From Bacillota bacterium (GTDB lineage: Bacteria; Bacillota; JAAYKD01), in contig DAINOJ010000003.1 in NCBI GenBank assembly GCA_036744005.1, positions 29,403 to 93,402 of the forward strand: DNA of 64,000 nt. Reading direction: 5' to 3'. The position numbers were made by a program, and so were the translations under genes. Each line of letters begins with the position of its first letter. The first letter of the stretch is position 1. The notes under the pieces were generated by a model that saw only the letters and a list, made by a program, of their open reading frames with translations, was not told where the DNA came from and ran no database searches. This document shows positions 1-9,718 of the stretch, piece by piece.

Positions 1-368
1 CTGACTCTGCGCCACGCCACCCGTAATCGGGCCAACAATTCTTCTACGCTAAAGGGTTTGGTTAAGTAATCGTCGGCACCTTCATCCAATGCCAAGACCT
101 TATCTTTGTCGTTACTACGTGCGCTGACGATGATAATGGGTAAAGTGGACCAAGTTCGTACGCGACGAATGATTTCGACCCCATCCATATCGGGCAAACC
201 TAAATCAAGTATCAGAATGTCTGGGGGATTGCCGGTCAACTCTAGCAACGCCTCTCTGCCATTTTCGGCAAAACGATACAGATAACCACGGCTTCCCAAC
301 GTAGCAGCCATGAGATTGCGAATCGCTTTATCGTCTTCCACCACCAAGATCTGAATTTTCTTCTCCAC
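1..368 (-). CDS. OmpR-family response regulator (KdpE-like), receiver domain; C-terminal part lies beyond the window edge
   Basis: Reverse-strand translation from GTG at 368 reads VEKKIQILVVEDDKAIRNLMAATL...DILILDLGLPDMDGVEIIRRVR...ALDEGADDYLTKPF, a canonical receiver domain. The start overlaps the 3' end of the upstream kinase gene by about 40 nt. Confidence 0.8.
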   Translation of the reverse strand, partial: MEKKIQILVVEDDKAIRNLMAATLGSRGYLYRFAENGREALLELTGNPPDILILDLGLPDMDGVEIIRRVRTWSTLPIIIVSARSNDKDKVLALDEGADDYLTKPFSVEELLARLRVAWRRV

Positions 369-1884
369 GTAGAATCACCTCCTCTGCCGGTAAACTGAAT
401 TCAAATAAGGTACCATGCGGTTCTCGATCGTGTACTTGTATTTGACCTCCATGAGCATGAATAATCGCTTTGCATAAGGCAAGTCCTAATCCCAACCCTC
501 GACGCCCGTCGGCAGAAGAACGGGGGCCGGTATGAAACAAATCAAAAAGCTTACTTTTGGTATTATCGTCAATACCCGGTCCGTCATCGGCAACAGAGAC
601 GATGATCATGCTTCCTTCTCGCCGTATGCCAAGCTCAATACAAGAGTCGACTGGTGTATACTTGAAGGCATTATCCAGTAAATTGAGAATCACTTGGATA
701 ATCAGTCTCGACTCCATACGAGCCATGAGCATTTCATCCCCAAGATTTGTCACGATACGATGATGACCAACCCTTCTTTGTAAAGTGGTTAATGCTTCTT
801 CAATGACTTCTTGGAGGAGTTCCGGTTGAAGATTTAACTGCATGGTATCGTTCTCAATTCGGGTGATGAACAAGAGATTCTCTACCATTGTATTGAGCCA
901 CATGGCATCTTCATAAATATCTCGATAAAATTCTCGCCGTTGCTCTTCGCTCAACTCAATGGATTGTTGCATGAGAAAGTCTGCATTACCGGAAATACTG
1001 GTCAGTGGAGTTCGCAAATCATGGGATATACTACGTAGTAAGTTCGCACGTAACTGCTCCTGTTGAGCCGTCATAGAGATTTGCGTATTAATACGGTTGA
1101 GTCTCTCTTTTTCTAATGCCAAAGAAGATTCATTGAAGGTCGCGGTTAGGAGCTCCTTCTCCGATGGTTCCAATTCGGAATGATGTTCGAGCAGTAAACC
1201 GATTACGGCAAAGATTTTCTCTTTGCTCCGTACGGTTCGATAAAAACCGGTTGCCAAAGGAAACTGCCGGGTGGTTTTCCCCGCTTGCTGATTGTGCTCT
1301 AAGACCCAAGCTATGACTTCTTGCTCCAATGGAGTTTGCAACGAGGAGGGTACCTCACTAAGACTCTGATGAAACATATAGAACGGATTCTGAATGTGGT
1401 TCTCGTGAATCGGATATACCACGACACTACAACTAAGAAGTTTCCCCAATTGTCTGGCGGTTTCCTGTAAGATTTCTGTTTCACTACGAGCCTGTTGCAA
1501 TTTTTGACTGGTTTCTAACAAAATTTGCGTATGATGGGCTTTGGTAGCCGCAAGTTTGGCCTGGGTCTTCACTTGTATGGTCAAGGTTCCGGCTAATAGA
1601 GAGACCACAAACATGACGAGAAATGTAACAGGGTAATCCGCGTCGTAAGCTCTTAGGGTAAATCGTGGTTCTGTATAGAGGTAATTGAAGATGAAGACAC
1701 TTAGCAGCGATACCGCTGTGCCATAGAGGAAGCCATTGGTTAGCATAGCGGTCAACAAAACAGCCAAAAGGTAGACCATGATCATATTGGCGTCACTAAA
1801 CCCGGCTGCATCGAACCATTGTGTCAACAAGGTGGCAGCGAGCAAGATCCCCAATGATTTCAGAGAGTCTTTTAGGGTCGGCAT
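328..1884 (-). CDS. Sensor histidine kinase, KdpD C-terminal type (4 TM, GAF-like, HisKA, HATPase) lacking the N-terminal KdpD/Usp module
   Basis: 518 aa. The N-terminal TM cluster resembles the KdpD membrane region (NYLYTEPRFTLRAYDADYPVTFLVMFVVSLLAGTLT). H-box SISHDLRTPLTSI and ATP-binding motifs (LLDNAFKYT, DDGPGI, GLGLGLALCKAI) are present. Confidence 0.8.
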   Translation of the reverse strand: MPTLKDSLKSLGILLAATLLTQWFDAAGFSDANMIMVYLLAVLLTAMLTNGFLYGTAVSLLSVFIFNYLYTEPRFTLRAYDADYPVTFLVMFVVSLLAGTLTIQVKTQAKLAATKAHHTQILLETSQKLQQARSETEILQETARQLGKLLSCSVVVYPIHENHIQNPFYMFHQSLSEVPSSLQTPLEQEVIAWVLEHNQQAGKTTRQFPLATGFYRTVRSKEKIFAVIGLLLEHHSELEPSEKELLTATFNESSLALEKERLNRINTQISMTAQQEQLRANLLRSISHDLRTPLTSISGNADFLMQQSIELSEEQRREFYRDIYEDAMWLNTMVENLLFITRIENDTMQLNLQPELLQEVIEEALTTLQRRVGHHRIVTNLGDEMLMARMESRLIIQVILNLLDNAFKYTPVDSCIELGIRREGSMIIVSVADDGPGIDDNTKSKLFDLFHTGPRSSADGRRGLGLGLALCKAIIHAHGGQIQVHDREPHGTLFEFSLPAEEVILRGEENSDLGGGRR

Positions 1885-1910
1885 GAACCAACCCTCCTTT
1901 CAGCGGAGTC

Positions 1911-2417
1911 CTAGTTTTTTTTCTCAACCACAATCCAGCAAAAACCATCTCCGTCCATCACGTGTTTGGCGTGTCTCATCGTATGCTCAGGATCATAACC
2001 CTCATACTTTGATGGGTCCACCAAACAATAACTCCTGGCCAGAGGGGTCTGATATTGGGCGAAAACGTCGGCGACAGGGCAGTATGAGACGGTGCCGTGG
2101 GCTATCCTGTTTTCATCGACATAGGTTCCATGTTCCCAACCTTTGCTAGGCAAATCGGGAATCGAGCGAAAGTTTTCATAGGTCAGCGGTTTCCCTTGTG
2201 CTAAGACAGCATCGCGAACTGCTTGCCCGCAGAGAGTACCGTAATCCCAAACGATTTGATCGGTCAAGCGTTTCGCTTCTTCTTCTCCTAGAGCTCGAAT
2301 GAGATTGGTGGTCATTGCATGATACAGCAACGCCATACGTCGAACGGCAAGACGAACATCTTGAGTCCAAGCGGCTTCGACTTCCGGGGGAAGCGGCTTC
2401 TTTTGGTTTTCTGTCAT
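1911..2417 (-). CDS. Hypothetical protein, 168 aa (possibly an ATC-hydrolase-like small enzyme)
   Basis: Clean ORF with RBS AAAGGAGA 7 nt upstream of ATG. No confidently recognisable motif; family assignment is a weak guess. Confidence 0.45.
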   Translation of the reverse strand: MTENQKKPLPPEVEAAWTQDVRLAVRRMALLYHAMTTNLIRALGEEEAKRLTDQIVWDYGTLCGQAVRDAVLAQGKPLTYENFRSIPDLPSKGWEHGTYVDENRIAHGTVSYCPVADVFAQYQTPLARSYCLVDPSKYEGYDPEHTMRHAKHVMDGDGFCWIVVEKKN

Positions 2418-2587
2418 CGTTCATTCTCCTTTATCGGTTTGCTGGGTTATTTCGCGTAAACCCCGACAAAACCCTGCCAAATTATGCAAAAGGTACAGGA
2501 AACATTCGAGAATCCTTCGAGATGCAGGGCAGGACTTTGAACCACAAAAGCATAAATGATAGTCATACAATTTTAGGGAGGTGCGTC

Positions 2588-3985
2588 ATGAAACAAGCAT
2601 GTCAAACGATTGATACCGTAAGAGCAGAACTGATTCAACTCAGTGACCAAATTTGGAGTTTTGCAGAAACCAGCTTAAAGGAATACAAATCGGCGGATGC
2701 AAGCCGCGAGTATTTAGCATCAAAGGGATTTCGTATCGAAGAAAATGTAGCGGGCGTGCCCACTGCGTTTACGGCCAGCTGGGGAAGCGGCAAGCCCATT
2801 ATTGGGTTTCTAGCCGAATACGATGCTTTACCTGGGCTAAGCAATCAGGCTTGTCCCGATTTTAAACCCGTCCAAGAAGGTGCTCCGGGTCATGGTTGTG
2901 GTCACAACTTATTGGGTGTGGCTTGTGTGGGAGCCGTATTGGGCTTGAAAGAAGAAATGGAAGCAAAACATTTACCCGGTACCATCGTGTACTATGGATG
3001 CCCTGCCGAAGAAAACTATAGTGCGAAAGCCATGATGGCCAAACACGGCTTGTTTGCCGATGTCGATATCGCGTTTGCTTACCATCCGGGCAGCGTCAAT
3101 GGTGTACAACTCAACAGCTCCAATGCCAATAACTCCCTAAAATTCACCTTCAAAGGTCGTACCGCTCACGCGGGGGGAGATCCGCATAACGGTCGCAGTG
3201 CTTTAGACGCTGTAGAACTCATGAACGTGGGTAGTAACTACTTGCGTGAACATGTGATTACTCAAGCCAGAATTCATTATGTGATTACCGATGGCGGTAT
3301 GGCTCCCAACATTGTGCCCGACCGAGCCCAAGTGTGGTACTTTGTAAGAGCCCCATACGTGCAGGCCTTAAAAGACATTGTGGAACGGGTTAAAAAAATC
3401 GCACGCGGTGCAGCCATGATGACGGAGACCGAGGTCGATATTTTATTGGAAAGTGGTGTGTGGAACACATTGCCCAATGAAGTGGTTGCCAATGTGATGC
3501 ATGAAGCACTGGTAGAAGTCGGACCCGAGCCTTGGGATGAAGAGGATTTGAGATTTGCTAGGGAACTGTCCTCTCATGTTTTGGAGGAAGAACGAAAAAT
3601 CAAAGCCGAACGCTTAGGCATTTCCATGGATGAACCCTTGAGCAGTGATGTGAAAGAACCCAGTGGAAAAGGGACCGCCATGGCCGGGTCGACCGACGTG
3701 GCCGATGTCAGTTGGAATTGCCCCACTGTGATGTTTGGGACCGCAACCAATCCTTGGGCAATTCCTGGGCATTCTTGGATGGTAACGGCTTCCTCGGCTA
3801 GCTCTGTCGGACATAAAGGCATGATTTATGCGGCGAAAGCTATGGCAGCTGCAGGATTAAAATTCTTACAGCAACCCGAACTGGTCCAAGCGGCCAAAGA
3901 TGAATTTGTGAAAGCCACCAATGGCATCACCTATGAATCTTTTCTACAACACCCCTATCCTGTCTTTCCCCGTGAGGAGAAGTAA
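2588..3985 (+). CDS. M20D-family amidohydrolase, AbgB-like (aminobenzoyl-glutamate utilisation protein B family)
   Basis: Internal ATG with RBS GGGAGG. Motifs GFLAEYDALPGLS, GHGCGHNLLG and YYGCPAEE match the AbgB/M20D pattern. The longer ORF starting at 2315 has no RBS and a non-homologous extension. Confidence 0.8.
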   Translation: MKQACQTIDTVRAELIQLSDQIWSFAETSLKEYKSADASREYLASKGFRIEENVAGVPTAFTASWGSGKPIIGFLAEYDALPGLSNQACPDFKPVQEGAPGHGCGHNLLGVACVGAVLGLKEEMEAKHLPGTIVYYGCPAEENYSAKAMMAKHGLFADVDIAFAYHPGSVNGVQLNSSNANNSLKFTFKGRTAHAGGDPHNGRSALDAVELMNVGSNYLREHVITQARIHYVITDGGMAPNIVPDRAQVWYFVRAPYVQALKDIVERVKKIARGAAMMTETEVDILLESGVWNTLPNEVVANVMHEALVEVGPEPWDEEDLRFARELSSHVLEEERKIKAERLGISMDEPLSSDVKEPSGKGTAMAGSTDVADVSWNCPTVMFGTATNPWAIPGHSWMVTASSASSVGHKGMIYAAKAMAAAGLKFLQQPELVQAAKDEFVKATNGITYESFLQHPYPVFPREEK

Positions 3986-4015
3986 GCTCATTTGATATGG
4001 AGGCGCATCATTTAA

Positions 4016-5224
4016 ATGGATCCGAAACGTCGCTCAAGAATACTGTTTTTCGCTACCGTAGTGCTGTTGAACATGGCGGCCAGCTTTGCTCATCCGGTTA
4101 CGCCAACTATTTTCAAGAGCCTTCATCTAGGCGATTATATGTTCGGGGTCGCTTTGGGCTCCATGATGATTGTCAATTTTTTGCTCTCGCCTTTTTGGGG
4201 TAAGATTAACACCTATATCTCCAGCAAAAAAGGTTTGCTAATCGGGTGCCTGGGTTATGCTCTGGGACAAACCTTCTTTGGTTTGTCGCAAACGGAGTTG
4301 CATTTCATCCTCGCTAGGGCGTTTACCGGTGCCTTTACCGGGGCGACGTTTGTTTCGGTATTGACTTATGTGGTCAATACCGCCCGGGACGAACGCGAAC
4401 GGGGGCGGGATTTGACCATTGTCGCGACCATCCAATCGGTAGGTAGTGCCTTTGGATTTTTGACCGGGGGGTTGTTGGGCGAAATCCACACCTATTTGGC
4501 CATCGTGGCTCAAGTCGTGATATTAGCCCTTTGCGGCATCATCTTCTTCTTCCTCTGTGAAGACGATACTAAGATTCCGCTGAACTCTTTAAACTTAAAG
4601 CAATTTGCCGTTCAAGCGAACCCATTTCAAGCCTTTATGGACAGCCGCAAATTTCTCAACTGGGTATTGGCCTTCCTGTTTGGCGTGGTTATGATGCAGA
4701 GTTTAGGGTTTACGGCGTTTGATCATTCCTTCAATTACTATATTAAGGATGTTTTTGGTTTTAGCTCCGGTTATAACGGACTCCTGAAAGGAGCAATGGG
4801 GCTCATCACCTTAGCGGCAAACACCACGATTGCTATGTGGTTGATTCATAAAACAGACATACGCAAGTCAATAGTTTTTGTTTTACTCATCTGTGTGGCT
4901 ACCGTTACCGGTATCGTTTTGGTGGACAATGTAGTTCCTTTTATCTTGATCAACGTATTCTTCTTTGCGTTCAATGCGGTAACCATGCCGGTCATACAAG
5001 CCCTGGTTTCTCAGCGAGCTAAGGGAAAAGAGAGCAATTTGGTCATGGGGTTCTATAATGCCATGAAGTCGCTAGGGTCCATTTTTGGTTCCTTTGCTTC
5101 AGGGGCGTTGTACACCATCAACCCCAAATTCCCCTTTACATTAACCTTGGTGGCGTTTTCAGCAGCAGCTCTATTTGCTTTTATTTATGAACGCAAAGGA
5201 AGAAACGAGAAGACAGCAGCATAA
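4016..5224 (+). CDS. MFS transporter
   Basis: 402 aa, about 12 predicted TM segments, typical MFS loop motifs (GKINTYISSKKGLLIG, ARAFTGAFTGA). Confidence 0.75.
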   Translation: MDPKRRSRILFFATVVLLNMAASFAHPVTPTIFKSLHLGDYMFGVALGSMMIVNFLLSPFWGKINTYISSKKGLLIGCLGYALGQTFFGLSQTELHFILARAFTGAFTGATFVSVLTYVVNTARDERERGRDLTIVATIQSVGSAFGFLTGGLLGEIHTYLAIVAQVVILALCGIIFFFLCEDDTKIPLNSLNLKQFAVQANPFQAFMDSRKFLNWVLAFLFGVVMMQSLGFTAFDHSFNYYIKDVFGFSSGYNGLLKGAMGLITLAANTTIAMWLIHKTDIRKSIVFVLLICVATVTGIVLVDNVVPFILINVFFFAFNAVTMPVIQALVSQRAKGKESNLVMGFYNAMKSLGSIFGSFASGALYTINPKFPFTLTLVAFSAAALFAFIYERKGRNEKTAA

Positions 5225-5242
5225 TACAGATGGTGATTTTAT

Positions 5243-5274
5243 AAAGTGCTCTCTCCAACCGGAGAGAGCACTTT
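5243..5274 (+). terminator. Stem-loop downstream of the MFS gene (14-bp perfect stem AAAGTGCTCTCTCC / GGAGAGAGCACTTT)
   Basis: Perfect inverted repeat with a 4-nt loop; the downstream T-tract is weak (ATTGCTT). Confidence 0.5.
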
Positions 5275-5389
5275 ATTGCTTAAAAAAAGAATCAACACGA
5301 AGTTTCTATTGCGCCAAGCATATGAATATGATACATTAACCGTATTATCGCAACAATATGTAGAATTTAAATCTTAAGGGGGGATTACA

Positions 5390-6955
5390 GTGAAATGGAC
5401 TCGCCAAAAAGTGAGTTTTTCGTTATTGTCCCTCTATTTTTTATGGTATTTAAATGTTACCCTTCAGCATCACCATCTTTTAGGCGATACACTTTCTTTA
5501 ATGGGTTCCTTCGTCGTCTTATGGTTTCTCTTACGAGCACGAAGAAGAGCAGAACCAACGGATGGCCAAAAAACGAGCTGGATGCTGTTGATTCTGGCGG
5601 TGGGCTGTTATATTGTAGGTGATATCATCTGGCTCGTTTCAGCACAGCTTTTAAAAATGGATCCATCTGAATGGATGGGGATTTCACTGATGTACGGTGG
5701 AACCAACCTGTTTTTCATGTTGTATCATTTGCATTTGGCCAAACAAAGAATTGAAAAGTGGCGCCTTATTCAATATGTGGTGGATGCGATATCGGTAACG
5801 TATTTTACGCTCACTTTTTTATGGTTGGTTTTTTTTCGGGGGGATTGGCAATCGGCTCCTCTTTTAAAAGATATGGGTTGGTATTTCACGTTTTTTATCT
5901 TGATAGACGCCATGGTTCTCGTCGGTGCAACCACCAACTTTTTGACACTAGAACGCAAAAGTATTCCAATTTGGCGTGGCTTGGTTGCTTTGGGTAGTGT
6001 GCTTTATATTATGGTGGATATTCGTTGGGCGTATTTAGTGCTTTACGATTTATACATGCCAAATTCACCGGTGGATGCCTTTTACATGTTATCCTTTTTG
6101 TTGCTTGCAGCCGGCGCTATGAGTTTTTGCAGTTCGGAGCAGCGAGTACCTCTTTCTCGTCTCTTTGATCCTGAGCGTAACCTGTTTCGGTGGGTTCGCA
6201 TCACCTATGCCTTAATAAACCCTATCGTTTTTTTCCTGTGGGGAAGTTCTCATCTGAGCTTGCTTCTCAATTCCGTCTTCTTTGCTGTTTTCTACATCAG
6301 CATGAGCGGATATATTCAGGTTTCGTTGCGCAACGAGTATTTATTACGCCAAAGCCAGAAGATCCTGGAAGAGAAAGTCCAGCAAAGGACACAAGATTTG
6401 CAGGAGAGTAGGGCCATGTATCAGGAGCTGGCTAGGCGAGACGAATTAACCCATCTGTACAATCGGCGCTATTTTTTAGAGACGTTGCAACATCGCATAG
6501 AAAACCTCCAGGAAAAGGTACAGATTGCCATTTTATTTTTAGACCTCGATCGATTCAAGACGATTAATGATACGTTTGGACATGATTTTGGAGATCGTGT
6601 CTTAATTGAAATCGCCCGACGATTATCTCGATGCTGCCCGGAAAATGCTTTTTTAGCACGTTTATCCGGAGATGAGTTTATTTGCCTTCTGGAGAGTGAG
6701 GACGCCAAAAAACAAGCTGTTGAATTTGCCGAGAATATGTTAATACAGTGTTGTGAAGGATTGGTCATGGACGACCAACCATTGCAGATAACCGGGAGCA
6801 TTGGCCTTTCGGTGTATCCAGAGGATGCATCAACCATGGATCAACTTTTGAAAAAAGCCGATATGGCCATGTACCGGGTTAAGAAACAGGGGACTTCAAA
6901 AAGGATCGCCATGAACGCGGACGAGTCCAAGGGGGGTTCGTGCCAACCTCAATAA
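5390..6955 (+). CDS. Integral-membrane GGDEF-domain protein (SGDEF variant of the active-site motif)
   Basis: GTG start with RBS AAGGGGGG. N-terminal ~300 aa polytopic membrane domain, then coiled coil and a GGDEF domain (LYNRRYF, FLDLDRFKTINDTFGHDFGD, RLSGDEF). Confidence 0.75.
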   Translation: MKWTRQKVSFSLLSLYFLWYLNVTLQHHHLLGDTLSLMGSFVVLWFLLRARRRAEPTDGQKTSWMLLILAVGCYIVGDIIWLVSAQLLKMDPSEWMGISLMYGGTNLFFMLYHLHLAKQRIEKWRLIQYVVDAISVTYFTLTFLWLVFFRGDWQSAPLLKDMGWYFTFFILIDAMVLVGATTNFLTLERKSIPIWRGLVALGSVLYIMVDIRWAYLVLYDLYMPNSPVDAFYMLSFLLLAAGAMSFCSSEQRVPLSRLFDPERNLFRWVRITYALINPIVFFLWGSSHLSLLLNSVFFAVFYISMSGYIQVSLRNEYLLRQSQKILEEKVQQRTQDLQESRAMYQELARRDELTHLYNRRYFLETLQHRIENLQEKVQIAILFLDLDRFKTINDTFGHDFGDRVLIEIARRLSRCCPENAFLARLSGDEFICLLESEDAKKQAVEFAENMLIQCCEGLVMDDQPLQITGSIGLSVYPEDASTMDQLLKKADMAMYRVKKQGTSKRIAMNADESKGGSCQPQ

Positions 6956-7029
6956 ATTCTATGTGGATTCTTCAAGGAGGTAACGCGTAAAACACCCGGT
7001 TCGGTTTATTTGTACATCTGGCAGAAGGA

Positions 7030-8211
7030 GTGTTTCGATTCTTGATACATCAAATCAGTAAACAGCAAGCACGTCGTTTTTTACTTCATCGACAGGGGCT
7101 CTTAGGTCAAACTCCTTTTATTGGCAAAGAGGGGATTGTTCAGTTTGTACGAAAGAGCGGATGTTTGCAATTTGATCCCATAGATATCTGCGGGAAGAGC
7201 CCTGAGTTAAGTTTGTTTTCCCGAGTAGAAGGATTTCAAAAAAACATGCTCGACCAGTTGTTGTATGAGGACCGCCGGCTCATCGATTATTTTGATAAGA
7301 ATTTAGCCATTATTCCAACAGAAGATTGGCCGTGTTTCGAACGAACGAGAAATCGATATCGCACTAGGGTGCGAAGCGAAGAGCAGATTGAAAAAGTAGC
7401 AGAGAAAATTCGCGAAGAGTTACGAGTAAAAGGACCTCTCTCTTCCAATGAAGTGGAGCAGAAAGGAAAGGTAGATTGGTACTGGAGTAAGACCAGCTTA
7501 GCCAGAGCGGCATTGGAAACCCTATATTTTCGCGGAGAATTGATTGTGCATCATAAGCAAGGTACGGTCAAGAGCTATGATTTTGCCGAACATCATCTGC
7601 CAAAGAGGCTATTACAACAAGCAGATCCCAATGTGACGGAAGAGCAGTACCATGCGTGGGGTGTTTTGCGTCGGATTGGAGCGGTTGGATTTTTGTGGAA
7701 GAAGGCCTCGGATGCTTGGTTGGGTTTAGTGGGGTTCAAGGCTGCACAAAGAGAAGCCGCTTTTCGTCAATTAGACGCAGCAGGGCAAATCACTGCTCTT
7801 GAAATCGAAGGCGTAAGAGACAAAGTCTATTGTCTTAGTAAAGAATTACCTCTCTTGGAGGAAGCGAAAGAAAGATCTTGTCCAGACATGTTGCGGTTTT
7901 TGGCTCCACTGGACTGTTTCTTATGGGACCGAAAACTCATACAAGCATTATTTGGGTATTCTTATACCTGGGAAATATACAAAAAACCGGAACAACGCGA
8001 ATTTGGGTATTATGTGTTACCCATCTTGTATGGTGAGCAATTCGTGGGGAGAATTGAACCGGTTTGTCGACGCAAGCAAGGTTTCATGGAAGTCAAGGGT
8101 TTGTGGTGGGAACCTGACGTTGTCGTACATGCAGACTTGAAACAAGCCCTTCGAAGTGAACTGCAAAGACTAGCAGAATGGAATCAATGCAAGTGGTTGG
8201 ATACGCTTTAA
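7030..8211 (+). CDS. YcaQ/AlkZ-family winged-helix protein (DNA glycosylase-like, interstrand crosslink repair family)
   Basis: Family-typical N-terminus ISKQQARRFLLHRQGLLG, QFDPIDICGKSPELSLFSRV and C-terminal YTWEIYKKPEQREFGYYVLPILYGEQFVGRIE align to E. coli YcaQ by eye. Confidence 0.75.
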   Translation: MFRFLIHQISKQQARRFLLHRQGLLGQTPFIGKEGIVQFVRKSGCLQFDPIDICGKSPELSLFSRVEGFQKNMLDQLLYEDRRLIDYFDKNLAIIPTEDWPCFERTRNRYRTRVRSEEQIEKVAEKIREELRVKGPLSSNEVEQKGKVDWYWSKTSLARAALETLYFRGELIVHHKQGTVKSYDFAEHHLPKRLLQQADPNVTEEQYHAWGVLRRIGAVGFLWKKASDAWLGLVGFKAAQREAAFRQLDAAGQITALEIEGVRDKVYCLSKELPLLEEAKERSCPDMLRFLAPLDCFLWDRKLIQALFGYSYTWEIYKKPEQREFGYYVLPILYGEQFVGRIEPVCRRKQGFMEVKGLWWEPDVVVHADLKQALRSELQRLAEWNQCKWLDTL

Positions 8212-8213
8212 TG

Positions 8214-8248
8214 AAAAATCGATACAGCGTTTTGCTGTATCGATTTTT
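8214..8248. terminator. Bidirectional intrinsic terminator between convergent genes
   Basis: AAAAATCGATACAGC-gtttt-GCTGTATCGATTTTT: perfect 15-bp stem flanked by A/T runs on both sides. Confidence 0.8.
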
Positions 8249-8249
8249 G

Positions 8250-9143
8250 TTAAAACCTCATGGTTGCGCAACAAGCAGCATTCTCCAAATCGATGACCTG
8301 TTCATGACGTATGAACCGAAGAATTTCAAACGTAGTTTGATGAAGCTTCTCTTGTTGTTTTAAAAATTGCCTGACACGGATGCTGTCGTCACGAATATAA
8401 GGTTGTTCCAGCAAACAACGTTGACGTAATTGCTTTTCCAATTTTCCCTGGCGAATTCGGGCGAGAACTTGATCGGGTTTCCCCTGATAAGTGGGATCCA
8501 GCGTCATCTCATGGTCGATTTCGTGCTGTATGGCTTCCAGTTCTTGAGAAGAAAGCTCTTCTTGACGTATCACCGCAGGAGACATCGAGGCTATTTGCAA
8601 GGCCAGCTCTTTGGCAACAAATTGATTCACATCCTTTGTTGCCTGGTTTTCCATTAAGGTTAATACGACACCGATTCTCCCTTTCAAATGCATGTAAGCA
8701 TAGGGAAACGCACCTTCTATCACCTGTACGTCTTGAAGAACAATATTTTCACGAAACATCATAATCATTTTTTGTAAAACATCTTGAACAGAGGAATTTG
8801 GCTGTTCCGTCGGCATTTGCATGAGCTGAGAAACATTCGTTACGGAGGGGTGGCCAGCAGCGCGTGCGATGACCCCTGATAATTCCAGGAATTTGGGGTT
8901 CGCTGCCACAAAGGGAGTTTCACAGCGAACATGGAGCAAAATGGCCCTTCCTTGAACCACTTCGGCATAGGACACCCCGCTTTCGACTGCGCGCTCTGCC
9001 TTCTTCTGGACCAGTTGAAAACCTTTTTCCATGAGCAGAGACATCGCTCGAGTGGTGTCTCCTTCGGCTTTGAGCAAGGCCGACTTACACTCCATGATTC
9101 CTGCACCGGTTTCGGCTCGTAATCGTTGTATTTTTTCTAGCAT
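8250..9143 (-). CDS. Elongation factor Ts-like protein (divergent EF-Ts paralog)
   Basis: N-terminus MLEKIQRLRAETGAGIMECKSALLKAEGD matches the EF-Ts UBA-like N-domain (LRERTGAGMMDCKKAL). Further matches at CETPFVA, LALQIASMSPAVI and the C-terminal FIRHEQ. Start is at an internal ATG with RBS AAGGAGG; the 339-aa ORF upstream extension is not used. Confidence 0.7.
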   Translation of the reverse strand: MLEKIQRLRAETGAGIMECKSALLKAEGDTTRAMSLLMEKGFQLVQKKAERAVESGVSYAEVVQGRAILLHVRCETPFVAANPKFLELSGVIARAAGHPSVTNVSQLMQMPTEQPNSSVQDVLQKMIMMFRENIVLQDVQVIEGAFPYAYMHLKGRIGVVLTLMENQATKDVNQFVAKELALQIASMSPAVIRQEELSSQELEAIQHEIDHEMTLDPTYQGKPDQVLARIRQGKLEKQLRQRCLLEQPYIRDDSIRVRQFLKQQEKLHQTTFEILRFIRHEQVIDLENAACCATMRF

Positions 9144-9147
9144 GATT

Positions 9148-9702
9148 TCATGCCTCCTTTTCATTTTGTAAAGCGATGTATTGTTCCATAGCTTGGTCAA
9201 GCCAATGAAGCTCGTTTTGGTAGAATGACAGTATGTGTTCATCCAAACGCTGTTGAATGAAGTCCACATGAGACAGATCTGGGTTCGCTGACTTACGTTT
9301 TATTCGCTCTTTCTCAAAGAGCCACTGTTCTATTAGTTGAGAGTGATACCGCTTTAATAGCGTTATCCCTTCATCCTTCGGTAGCAAATCGATTTGTGAC
9401 CATAATAAGAGGAATCGATTGCGATATTCAGGCAATGGAATTTCTTCGGGTTGAAGTCCCGTTTGGAGTTGCCGTAAACCCTCTTCGGTCAGATGATAGA
9501 TTTTTTTAGAAGGACCACTTTCTTGATGAATCACTTCACAGGATAACGCTCCTTCTCGGCATAAAGCGAGCAGAGCCGTGTAGATTTGATTATTATTACC
9601 CGACCAAAGCTGGTGGGGAGAATCTTGCATGGCTTTCTTCAAATCATATCCGGACATGGATTTTGCCCGTAGCAAACCTAAGATTGCAAAATGGATGTTC
9701 AT
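9148..9702 (-). CDS. PadR-family transcriptional regulator
   Basis: Winged-helix signature (FAILGLL...SGYDL...IYTALLAL..EG). ATG at 9702 with RBS AAGGAGG at 9 nt spacing. Its stop lies 4 nt before the EF-Ts-like start. Confidence 0.8.
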   Translation of the reverse strand: MNIHFAILGLLRAKSMSGYDLKKAMQDSPHQLWSGNNNQIYTALLALCREGALSCEVIHQESGPSKKIYHLTEEGLRQLQTGLQPEEIPLPEYRNRFLLLWSQIDLLPKDEGITLLKRYHSQLIEQWLFEKERIKRKSANPDLSHVDFIQQRLDEHILSFYQNELHWLDQAMEQYIALQNEKEA

Positions 9703-9718
9703 TTGTATCAACCTCCTT

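Noticed and set aside
2315-3985. Long ORF-track version of the AbgB-like gene with a 91-aa N-terminal extension
   Set aside because: The extension has no homology or RBS and overlaps the divergent promoter region. The internal ATG at 2588 has a GGGAGG RBS and gives the family-typical N-terminus.
8430-9122. Plus-strand ORFs of 60-90 aa overlapping the EF-Ts-like and PadR genes
   Set aside because: They lie antisense within well-supported genes and have no RBS or recognisable motifs.
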